From Phoronis australis (lineage: Eukaryota; Animalia; Phoronida): a stretch of 64,000 nt of DNA. Each line of letters opens with the position of its first letter. Within the stretch, counting starts at the first letter, position 1. A program made the translations under genes and the position numbers. Location: NCBI GenBank assembly GCA_002633005.1, contig NMRA01000172.1, positions 297,205 to 361,204 of the forward strand, written 5' to 3'. Positions 1 to 12,000 of the stretch are shown piece after piece. The notes under the pieces were generated by a model. It was given only the letters and a program-made list of their open reading frames with translations. It searched no databases and was not told where the DNA came from.

Positions 1-58
1 CATCAGTGCTATGTCATTTGTTGGAGCTGAGACGGTCAAGAAGACGTTCTATGTTGAG
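1..58 (+). CDS. Paralog A exon (MG7 end, ISAMSFVGAETVKKTFYVE), truncated by window edge
   Basis: Aligns to paralog B exon 22 (ISAFCFAGAETVTKTINVR); donor gtaagt at 59. Confidence 0.88.
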
Positions 59-3000
59 GTAAGTGGCCCAGGCGAGTGGATAAGTGTATCCTGGGGTGAG
101 AGAAGGGCCTGACTACCTTGTTATGCATAGATGTATTGGTAGTTTGGCTATTGTTGCTCAATGTCATCTTTGTCATTCATAATACAAAAAATTCATACTG
201 TCAAATTTTTATGCACTCACATACTTATGTGTGGATGCATAATGTCGTCAATCCTGCCTGTCCGTCTGCCGCCGCCATCCGGCATCTGCTGCTCTATCTC
301 CAAAACCCTTTTATTAATGTTCGTATTCCTTTTGTGGATGGGACGTCATGAGCGTCATTATATTATATGATGGCGACTTTCAGGTCGATCCAATGAACGC
401 TGTGCCTCCTAGTGGCAATTTCATTTTTTCCATTTTCCTCAGTCTGTTTCTCTGAAAATTAGTAAATAGCTTTCTATTAAAGAAACGATGACATGTTCCC
501 ATTTTCAGACCTATTTTGCGCCATCAAGTGGTCATTTTTACTGTTTTTCTAGTCTGTTTTTGGTATCCACCCTCTCAACCAAACCACTCTAAGCATGATT
601 TTGAAAATTGGCATTTATGTTTCTACTGTGAAGAGGACGGTTGATAATGATTTTCAGACGACTCTAACTACTGTGGCACCTCCTAGTGGGAGTTTTTTGT
701 GTCTGTAGCTGTATTTCCCAAATCCTCTGCAATTTTGGCTGGTATGTTTATTATGAAGTTGACAACGCACTACAACAACATTTGGATAGATCCAACTGGG
801 CCTCCTAGTGGCATTTTTTTCGGTGTCCTTTGTATGCTTAAAACTTCTTGTCAGATTTTTATTAATTAAAATTTATAAATAGGTTTCTATTGAAAGAGTC
901 GACATGTTCTCGTTTTCGGATAGATTCGACGTATAGCTGCTGTTTTTATTGTCACAAAATTTTTAATAGGTTTCTATTAAGGAAACAATGATGCCTTCTC
1001 ATTTTCAGGCAGATTTTATGTATTCTGTGCCACTTGATGGCCATTTTAAAAATTTTTGATTGTTTTAGACGTCATTCTCTCCATCCATCAAAATTTGGTG
1101 ATGTATTCCTGATGAGAAGAATGAGGCTGGGGTTGCTTTTTCGGATGTGTTCAAATACTCTCCCCCCCACTGGCAATGTTTTTGCATCCACGGCTATATC
1201 TCCTTTTGCAAAATCTTTCTGAAATTTTGCAGATGTGTTTCTATGGAAATGGCAACAGATGATGGCCAGTTTCAGACCAATCCAACAGAGTTGTGCTGTC
1301 TAGTGGCAATTATATTTTTTACGTTTGCCTCTGTAACATTACTTAAGGGTTCCTTGATAACTTTTCATGAAATTGAGCAAACAAATTTCTATTATGAAGA
1401 CATCAGCATCTTTCTAGTGGCCATTTTAATTAGTTTGTAGTCTGTTTTTGTCGTCTGGTTCTGTATCTGCCATATCCTGCAGAGGATCGTTATAAAAATT
1501 GTCAGATTTGTTCCTACTGACAAGAGCATTGACTGACGTGGATTTTCAAATGAATCCAACTACATGGGTGCCCCCCAGTGACATTTATCTTTGTCTCTCC
1601 TAAACCCCTTGCAAGATGTTTTTGAAGTTTTACAATTGTATTGACCTGACAGCAGATGGATGGATTTGACTACTGCTGTGGTTTCTAATGACAATTTGTT
1701 TTTTTACTTTTGCCTTAAGTTTGTATCTTTGAAGGTCTTTGACAGATTTTCATAAAATTTGGCAAATCATTGTGAGAGACGATGACACCTTCCCATTTTT
1801 GCATGGGTTCAATGTATGCTGAGTCATCTAATGGGTATTTTTATGATACAGATAAACAACCCTAGAAGCACACTATTTGCGGTGCAGTCATGGGCACAGT
1901 TCAACACTCCGCACTGTTTTTTTTTTGAGTAGTTGAATAAACATGTGACTCAAATATTAAAACCTAATATTTGCAGCTTGTGCTTAAACAAATGGTTGAA
2001 CTGTGCTCTTTTTACTTTCCTGGCCATGTGTGATTTGTTGTTCCATCTGTTGGCAGTAGCATACGATGCGGCAGCTGTCGCACACCCTAATATACAGGGC
2101 TGTGGAGTACTCAAAAATGCCCGCTCGAAAATACGACTGATTGCATATTCTGCACTCAGATTTCCAGATTTGCACTCGTAAAAAGTGACTAATGAAAAAA
2201 AGCCGAATGTAGGACAATGTCCATACGAGCGAGTCCAATTTTCTACTCATATGTTTTACTTTTTCTTCTCGTATTTAGGAGCGTGAACTCGCTTATAATG
2301 AGCCCTGGTGTGACTGGGTGGCACGGCTTGCTTACACATGGTGCCACGTTGACCACACCCCTCTCACTGTACCCAGCTTCATCTGATCAACTGACTTGTT
2401 ACACGACCAATGATATTCCTAAATTAGCCATATTTAGAGTATGCTCCTACGCATATCCTGATCACGCGAGCGCATACCCCCTTCACATGGTGCGGGCTTG
2501 GTTGCACACTGTGTTGATTAACGAGTATGGTTGAAATCAGTTGCATAGTGAAATACAGCCACTACTTCAGTGACTTAGACCTCACAATGGATGCAACAAC
2601 TGTTGCGTACTAAGTATCTGTGACCAATGGTTCATCAAGTGCGACTACTGTGTGTTAATTGTGAAATTTACACTATCCATACTGTTTATTTGTAAAGGCC
2701 AACGGTGTTACAAACTATTACCACACACCGTTCCTGTTGGACCTGTTGAACACTGGCTCCCTCATCCTCCCTGAATTCAACATCACCATCCCGGCAGAGT
2801 TCATCCAGCCAGAGACTTCCTGGCATCTCTACGTACCTGGCTCACAGAAGGTCACCGTTAGTGCTGTTGGTGAGTCATAACTTAATATTGGTTACAGTGA
2901 ACCAGGCTGACTAGAACCCTGGTCTGTTCTAGTCGCTGCACCTGCTGAACTTCTCATCTTAAATGACTGTAAAGTTACTTAATTGGTGAGCTCTTTATTT

Positions 3001-6000
3001 TACTCTGTGAAATCCTGCTGAGCCTGCAGAAAGGAACAAACCACATTACTTCCTTGTTTCTTTCCACGAAGAGTTAAATAACCGAAGCATGTTACAGACG
3101 TCTGCCATCTCTAACACCATAAGTAAACACGTGTCTTTGAACTGTGTAACGGACAGTGTTGTGGACTGGCTTATTGTGCTTGGAGGCCAGTGTGAAGATA
3201 ATTGCTGCTTGTTCTTCGTTGACAATTTTTTTTGGATGTTCTTGAAATGACGGTCACACAAATTTGTCATGTTAAGACACTTAATTCTCCATAACTGCAC
3301 CCCATCGCTGATCACTGAGATTGCTATAATTAATGAAAATGACACTCAATTTTTACATAGTGAAATAACTCGTTTGAGCATCAGACTCTAATGTTTTTTT
3401 TTTCAAAACATATTAGCTGATTACATGAGATAGGAGATGTGCTTATACTTTACATAAAGTCAACAAAAATCTTTCTTAATGTTACTGTGGCTTCAGGGCC
3501 AAAATTTACTCGACGGCTTTGTTGGTAATTAACCCAAGATTCTTTGGCTGAAGGTTGCCCACATGTTCACCTTATTATTGTGTCCTAGGTGACGTCATTG
3601 GGCCAGGCATCTACGATGACTTTGTTACCTCCCTGTCTGTGCTGAGAGAACCTTATGCCTGTGGTGAACAGTCAATGTTCAACTTTGCGTATAATCTGTA
3701 CAACCTGAAGTTCTTGAAAGACACCAATCAACTGAGAGATGATATACTGAAGACTACACTGGAAGGGCTTAACTTAGGTACACCAGTTTGGATTGGGGGG
3801 GGGGCTCTCCCGTTTCCCAACGGTNAACTAGTCTGCATAGTGGCTTAAAATTTTGTGGAGGATAGTTGTCAATCATGGGTGTCATTCACACACAATAGAC
3901 CTTTTGAAATTGACAAGCAAGATCATTGAATTAAAGCAGTTCTTGATGAACCCTGCTCTGTGTAAGTAAACACAGCTTAGCAATGGGCTTATGGTCCTGG
4001 CTGAGAAGATAATTGTTTTATTACCCCGCGTGGATTCTTGGAATCCATTGTAGCATTATGATTGTCTATTTCTACTGTTAAGCACTGATCAGAAATATTC
4101 GATATTTCTCTGCAAAGTATTGTATCTTGATGGGAACAACACTCCTAAACATTTTGCAACTAATGTATCCGTCTGTTTAAACACCTGTAATAGTGATTAA
4201 TTTGAGAAACACAAGATTTGATAGTGAGTGAAAATATAATGAAACATGAGCTTTCAACAAACTAGAGAGATTATTTAGATACACAAGTGTTCAACTAATT
4301 TAAAAGTATAAAATTCTAACAGACAACTAGACTCCATTTCTCATGTATGAAGTTTGGTACAATGTCACCAATTTCAAGGTCTTCTGACATTATGGTGAAC
4401 GACCACAATTTTTCAAATTTTTTTTATCGATTGTAGCTTCGGTACAGAACTTGAACGTGTTATTGGTTTAATTTGATACTACATTGGTATCTTTTGTCAG
4501 AAAAGAAGAAACTAAAACTTCCCTTGTCTGCCATATTGTGTCCTGCATTGGTGAGGATTTTTTGCTTTTTTCAGAACTTGAATTATTACAAATAAAAAAG
4601 TCACATTTTCCCCAGAATATATGACATTGACATGTCGAGCATACAGAGTAAGAGCGGTGAGGGAATGTCTTGTATCTCCACAGGTCTGCAAGAGAATGAT
4701 GCGTACTACCGCGAGGAGGGCATGTTTGCCTGGATGCTTGTTTTTGAAGACTGGAGCCAGCCCAGCGTCTGGCTCACTGCCTTCACTGTGGCCACTATGC
4801 ATGACGCCATTGTGGCAGACTGGGTCAACGACTTCTTCATTGATATCTCCATGCTGGATAAGATGGCGTTGTGGTTGTGCTCACAGCAGAATATGGAGGG
4901 GCCGCTTAAGGGAAGCTTTAAAGGTTGAGTTGACTAAGTTTCCACCACGTGACTGTAGATATAATGTGGATATTATAGACACAGTGGTCTATTGTATAGA
5001 AATAAGTGAAAGCTTAGGAACAGAGATATAAATGTTTCATGAAATATGGAGGCGTGTTAATGAGGATTACTTTTGTTAGAACTTTACACAAAATGTTATA
5101 TGACTTGTTCTTGTATCTAATGTTAAGATGTTATATGTAGACTTGTCTCCCCTGTTAAGAGTGTTGCATGCTAGTTGTGCTTCATGCCATTTCATGGGTT
5201 TAAAGATAAGTTATCATCATTGAAATGAAATGACGTTCACTCTTCTCTTCATTTCAGAGAGTTTTAATCCATATGTTAGAAGTGTACTTCAGGGTTTAGT
5301 TACCTCTTTTAATGAAGAGTGATGACCTTTTGCCCTTGAGTGCGAGTCATGCAAAATCCTTGTATGTTTCTAGAGCTGGCGCAGGTTTATGACCGCAACA
5401 TGAGGTCACCGTACACGGAGGTCAACGGGGTGCAAGTTAAGGAGAATGTGACCCTGACTGCCTACGTCTTGATTTCATTGTCCAAACTTACTAAGCTGAC
5501 TTCTTGGAATGTAAGTTCAACTTTGAATATTATGGAGATCTATTGCTTGACAGTCTCAAAAATTATGATGTAATAGAACATCACTAGGTGGTGCTTGTGG
5601 CATATTGAATGTTATTTTATTAATGTTCCATGAGGTGCACGTTATAATGATCAAAATCTCAGCAAATAACAGTCTTAGAAGTTGTAGTCTTTAATGGTTT
5701 TTGGTTATTCACATGTCTGAAGCTGCAAACTATTCTTTGAGCTAAATAGCTAGTGTGCAAAATACAGGCTTTATTTTAGAATTGCGCTCTGCATCAGTGG
5801 TGCATAAAATTTCTTAATTCTGGTCATTGGGCACATAAAAAAGGATTTGCTGTCATGCTTTACTTTGTCTTTGGTCATAACCATCATGTTGATATTCTAA
5901 CACAATGACAATGCAGAGTAGCCAATCAAAGCCAATGTCAGTGATCAAAACAGCAATGTTATCACCCAGGTCAATTATAGTATGCATGAAAGTATGCAGA

Positions 6001-9000
6001 CTCAACTTTTATTTTATGTCTTTGATTTACAGTTATGTGTTATGATGAATAATAAATCGGCGCATAACATGAAGCAGACAAAATCGCACACTCTAAAGTG
6101 CCCTCTTAAGAATCAATTCGAAAAAAGCCAGAAAATTTTTATGAATCCAAAGGTCTTTGAAATTGGTCCTTAGATTTGAGGCTTTATGTGCCAGTTAACC
6201 CAGAACTACATTTTTGTAAAATGATCCCTGAAAATATAATGTAATACCGTTTCAGGTCAATTTGGTGACACAAATAGCTCAATTTCAATCAAATAATTTT
6301 GATTCTTCAGGACGCGCGTGCTAAGGTAGACCAGGCACAAAAACTGGCCCAGGATTTTCTGGGTACCAAAGTAGAGACAATCACTGACCCATATACCATG
6401 GCTATTGTCTGCTATGCACTTCACGTGTCAGAGAGCACACGCAAGAGTGCCGCCTATCAACGGCTAAAGAGCATGAAGACTGAGAGTGAGTAATTAAGAC
6501 AATAACTACTCCATGTTATTTGCTCAATGGTGACAGTTGTTAGAATGCCTGCTGATTAGCTTGTCTGTTAGAAACCTATTTTCTGAAGTCACTGTGGACA
6601 TAAAGGCACTGTAACTTAAACGTACTTCTTTGAAGAAGTTTTGAGTGGCATCTGTTTAAAAAAGCATGCTAGTTTTGATGATGGCTGTGCCACTCAGCCT
6701 GTAGGAGATCAGTCTGATATCTTTGTTTGATGTTGTAGTTGTTACATTCATTTAATATCCAAATGGTTTGTACAGATTTTATTTTTAAGACCACTTATGG
6801 TGAACGAATTTGTTTAGGATTTTCTCAGGTTACCCTTGGTGAGTTTTTTTTTGGGTGAACCAAAGTTTTGTACCTTGAAATTGTCACCTTCAGGAGATTT
6901 GTTTACATGGATTTAAATCTTCATCTTTGCAGTAAAGTCATGCATGATATAACCATGCTTTGCTGCAGTACTTTCATTCACCAAAAGATGGCACTGCCTT
7001 ACAAGCAGAAACACTTGCCTGTGTTCTATTTATGCTCTTTCAATACCAAGTTCATCTATTTCTGTGTGACATTATCGTGCACATCACTACATATAGTAAT
7101 ATAGCTTTTGCAACGAATTTGTGGGTTTTCCATGTTTTCAAGTAAATTGAAATACTTAGGCTCTCATGTCAAATAAATCGCCAAGTTTGCACAGTTCTCA
7201 AGGCCACTATGATGACTGTCTTGTGGCACATGAGCAATAAACAGAGAGATTACACACTATCACAAAAGTTTCATAAGGCGTGCGTTTGACAGTAACGTGC
7301 AGCATTTCGCTTCGGCGACTAGGTCAAACTTCACTCTGAGTTTTAGTGCAGTGAAAGCAGGATGCAGTGAAAAATGTTCAATCAGTCTGGCTTTCAAGGT
7401 AAGATTGATACACTTGGCTAAAAAGTGTGTTGTCTGGAAACAAGTTTCCTTCAAGTTTTAATTAAGAAGTGGCAAGGAAGTTTGATGTCTAAAAAAATTT
7501 TAGAATTCACCGATTGATTGTGTGAGTACGACATGCAGTGAAGTTAGTGATGAGTGGTCACAGTGGAAGAAAGAAATTTGATCTTCAGTGCATACGCCTG
7601 TGTGGTTTTAGGCTATTGAAAACATTTTCAGTTCCTTAAAATTCCATTAGAAAAGAGGAAGGTCCCATTTAGTGTCGAAAAAGTTTCACAAGCTCTACTA
7701 ATACATATACATTATAACGTTGTATGGAAAATGACGGATTTTGTATTGAATGAACGTGGTCCCATTTGTGTCATATACATACTCCCACTAGACACTTGTG
7801 CATTGCAGCTTGCCAACCCTCTCAAGCACGTCTCTGTCTCGCACTGTTTGGCTTTTATCAGACAGTCAGGGGACTGTGCAGGCTAGTGCGATGATCTTAG
7901 TTGGTCTTTTTTCAAAATTGAATATGTAGGGCTTGGTTTCTTTTAATTCTGTGCTAATTATGTTCCCTAAAACTTTTTTCAGCTCTTGTAGTCTGTATAC
8001 TACTGAAATTTGCTGCATGTATTTTTGTAACTACGTGACAAGTGGGCATGCACATCATGGCATTCCCTGCTGTCACTTTTAAAAAACTTTAATTATGAGA
8101 TTATTTGAACATTTTTTTCAACGTGTACGAGGGAGTAAGCCAGAATTATCCAGCAAGCTCTCACTGTGTCAGCTCGCTCTAGTTACTGCAACATTTTGCT
8201 AGTCAACGGTACACTTCGCAGCAAAAGTAATCCTGCAAAAATCCGTTTCCTGTTTGTATCATTCCAGAATTCTGATGGTGAACTCTGCTTGCAGTCACAT
8301 GGATTATGTTTGTATTGTTGCCATGACATCATGACAGGGAATTTTTGTTATCTTGGTGTGTATTGTACAGTACTAGACAAAAAGTAAGCAGACAAAATAC
8401 TGTTCTACTGTCATGACGGCTAATTATGTTAGTAGCAAAAATGGCTGGTAATAACTATTACGGCGGTAAAATTCTAATTAAAAATGATTTAGCCACCTTT
8501 CTAACTGTCCTCAATCCTCTTCATTCTGAATCATGAATACTACTCTGATGAGGAATTCAGCTTCCACACAGCCGTTTTGACGGGGTATTCCGAGTCATTT
8601 TGTCAGATTACTTTTGTCTTGTGCTGTATATTATCCTCCATTTGTCAGTTTCCCATATTTATAATTTTCCGTGTCTTTAGGCGAGTATGATTACTGGTCA
8701 CCAGTGGTAATTGCCCCTAATCCGTCAGCTACCATCAACACCATCGAGTATATCGACGCTCGTATTCCTCAAGATTACGAGGCCACAGCGGTGGCCGCGT
8801 CTTCATATGCTCTAATGAGTTATCTGTTGAACGGCGATCGTGACGAAGGGTCTCTTGTCATGAAATGGCTGCAGACGATGCGTAACACAGTGGGGGGCTT
8901 CTCAGCAACCGCGGTGAGTGGCCGCCATCTTGTTTTTTAGAGACAGAATAGCTATGAAGTGTTTGGCCATTAACGGTTTTTGTTGTTTTGTGTTTTAGAA

Positions 9001-12000
9001 CGGCATTAAAAATAGTTGAATTTTTTTAAATATAGCCATAGAATATTTATGCTGTGTAGAGTATAAAAAGTAGTGAGTAAACCTAATTGAGAAATAAATG
9101 TGATTCTTAATAATGTTCATCAATTCATGTTTGCAAAATCCTGCGTTTAATTGTGTACACCTAGAATATAAAAGCTAAAAACATTTTCCTTAGAAGTCAG
9201 GTAATTTATACCCAGTGAGACTTAGGACCACCCACTATATTTGGCGTTAAATTTTCATGCCATATGTTCATTACCTGAAGTTACGTCAAAATTTCTAATT
9301 AAGTTAAAATAAAAAATATAATAATGTAATTAGTAACTCTAAATAGCACTTGTAGCTAATGTTGTCAATTCCGTTATGTCCCGACAGTAAACAGATCTAT
9401 GTACCGGGTATTCATAAGTGGATGCCAAAATTAATGGTGCATTTTAGTCTATTTAACTAGTTAAGTAAAAAAAGAAAATTGAATTAGGATTCTGTTTCCG
9501 TTACCAAGGAGAACGTCAAAATTATCAGCGACTCAAGAAAACACTTCCGAGTTTATTGGGGTCGGCCTAAAATTGCGGATTTGAAAATAATACATGTACG
9601 CATTGCCTGTCACTAAGAGTTTCTCGCGCATTCAACAACAATTCAAGACTGAATGAGCTTGGTAGTGTTTTTAAACCCCAAAGCGCTTCGATTAAGAATT
9701 CATCAGTGACAGCTAAACAGGGTTGAAGTGCACATTATTGCCTTAAACTAAGGGATTTTGATATATTAAATCACTAATAAAATTGTTCTTCTTCCTTTTA
9801 AGACTTTCAAACTAAAGCTTTAGGCAAATGTTGTGTGTATACATGCAGTGGGCCCTCACCGTGTCAATATGTTGTGTGTTCAGTACATAAATACATACAG
9901 TGGACCCTCACTGTATCCAATATGTTTCACTGCAGGATACCATAGTAGCTCTTCAGGCTCTAACTGAGTATGCCAAACGTGACACGGATCGGACGAGCTA
10001 CAACATGAAAATCACAGTCAGTGCTCGTGACTTTGTCAAGACACTAGAATTCACCAGAGACAACTACGCCTATCTCCAGCGAATTGAGGTGAGTGCTGGC
10101 CTTTATCACACCTACAATTTATTAGTCTGATCTCCAACCCCTTCACTTGCTTTCTGAAGCTGTGTTGATCTGGGAACAGTGTACATTTTGTTTGTTGGAT
10201 CAGTGAATAGTTTTTTCATTTGGTAAGTCTAATACTGCTATTTACGTTTTAATTTACCAGGAAGATTTAGTTTCTGACATTCTCTGCTTCGTTGGTGTTT
10301 TTAACAGCAGGTTCTAACTGCTGTTGTCACGGTTTCGTGAATATGCTTTGTATAAATATTAGTACACTGCTACCGGGTGTGTAGCCTGCACATGCCTGGT
10401 GCACAGAAATCGCATCAGACCACCTGCGTATTTTGAGAACAATTTGAATTTCATTTATGTTATATTGCCAGTGCTTAAGTAACTGTTCTGTTGTTGGCTT
10501 TCAGTTGCCAGTACAGTTTGGAAGTGTGAAGATATCTGCACAAGGCTCTGGCTTGGCGCTGGTTCAGGTACAGAACATAATTATGTTGTTTGTCCTATGT
10601 TGGGTGCAATTTGGTTATTTGTGGACTAGCATTCTCTGTGAAACACGAGTCATGTATGTTGCACTGGCATTGAGGTTTTGAATGGCATTAACTTCACACA
10701 GGTCACTATGGCAATATTATGTTCACACGTGTCATTCTATGGTAATATTAATCCTCTTGAAACTTGTAGCCATAGGTAAAGAAAGGTTAGAATTTCATTC
10801 ACATCTGAAAAATGTTATGGTCAGAAAATGTTATGGTCAGAAAATAAAAACAGGAGCGACCAGCCTGATACGATCTCTCCTCTTTAGATCTGAAGTCGTT
10901 CTAGAGATGGCCATGTTATTGACACTGTGTAGTACTATAGAATTCTGGTTCCACTCATTGCAGTATGCTGTAAAATTACATAGCTTTGATATTGTAAGAG
11001 CTACAGTAAAAGTATGCAGCCGTATTATAAAGCGGACCAGATGTACTTTTTGTATTTTCAAGTTTTTTATCTTTTATGAGACAAAACTTGTAGAAATACA
11101 AAAACGTTTTGAAAAGTACAAGTTAGCCATTTTCTATTCTCTTTTAGCTGGAGACTCAGGTCAATGTTGAATATCCCTTCCTTCTAAGACAGCCGCCCGT
11201 CTCTGCGTATGGTGTGCAGTTGGTGAACGTGACATTTTCAGGACGCAATCTCTCGATCTTTGATGCTGATGCTTGTGCCATGTAAGGATATTTTTGCTGT
11301 TGTAAAAACCTGATTTATCACATTTTCTGTTTCTGGCTATTATTCCATGAGATGTTTTGAAAGCGTTCAAGAATCAAACTTATGTGAGGATGATGTATGA
11401 GGTTACATGCAATCCAGCGAAGGGTGGTTGGTGAATGTAACTGAGTAATATAATTGTGTTTGACATGAATGCCTTTAACATGACTGCCACGTTGATTGTT
11501 GATGTCAAAATGACTAAGTGCCTGTTCTGTTTCATTACAGTTGGAGGCGAACATCAGTTTCAGCCCAGAGTGGCATGTCTATCCTTGAGGTGGAGCTGCC
11601 GTCAGGCTATGAGATTAGGAACACTGTTCTTAACAAACTAGTTGCTGACAACATCTACCCACGTGTTAAGAAGGCAGAGTACACCAATAAAAGAGCAATC
11701 TACTATTTTGTCTATGTAAGTTGCCTTTTGTGCTTCTTAAAGGGACATTGTCGCTCTTTTGTCTGAGGAGTGACCAAAGGCTGTAACACAACAAAGTTCG
11801 TTGTGTTTTTGTGATTTTATTACCAATTACAAATTCTTACCGTTTTCTGCGAGGCAATCACTGATATCCAAGCCGATGTCTTTACTGTTTCCATGCGCTT
11901 AAGATAGTTGTGTGGTATTTAGCTGAGTGCAAGAGTGCTTGGAGGCCACTGTGGAATTAGTGGGCTCGATTCCGCGCTACTGCTAATTTCTAATTTGCTT

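Noticed and set aside
3825-3825. Ambiguous base n giving X in the ORF track
   Set aside because: It lies in the intron after the donor at 3777 and does not affect the CDS.
4621-5031. 136-aa ORF overlapping the TED exon
   Set aside because: Alternative frame of a real exon; no recognisable motif.
10682-11170. 162-aa ORF, the longest in the track
   Set aside because: Intronic and AT-rich, no domain; the true exon starts at 11148 in another frame.
11900-11985. tRNA-like stretch (tagctgagtg...ggctcgattcc)
   Set aside because: No closable cloverleaf; at most a decayed SINE head.
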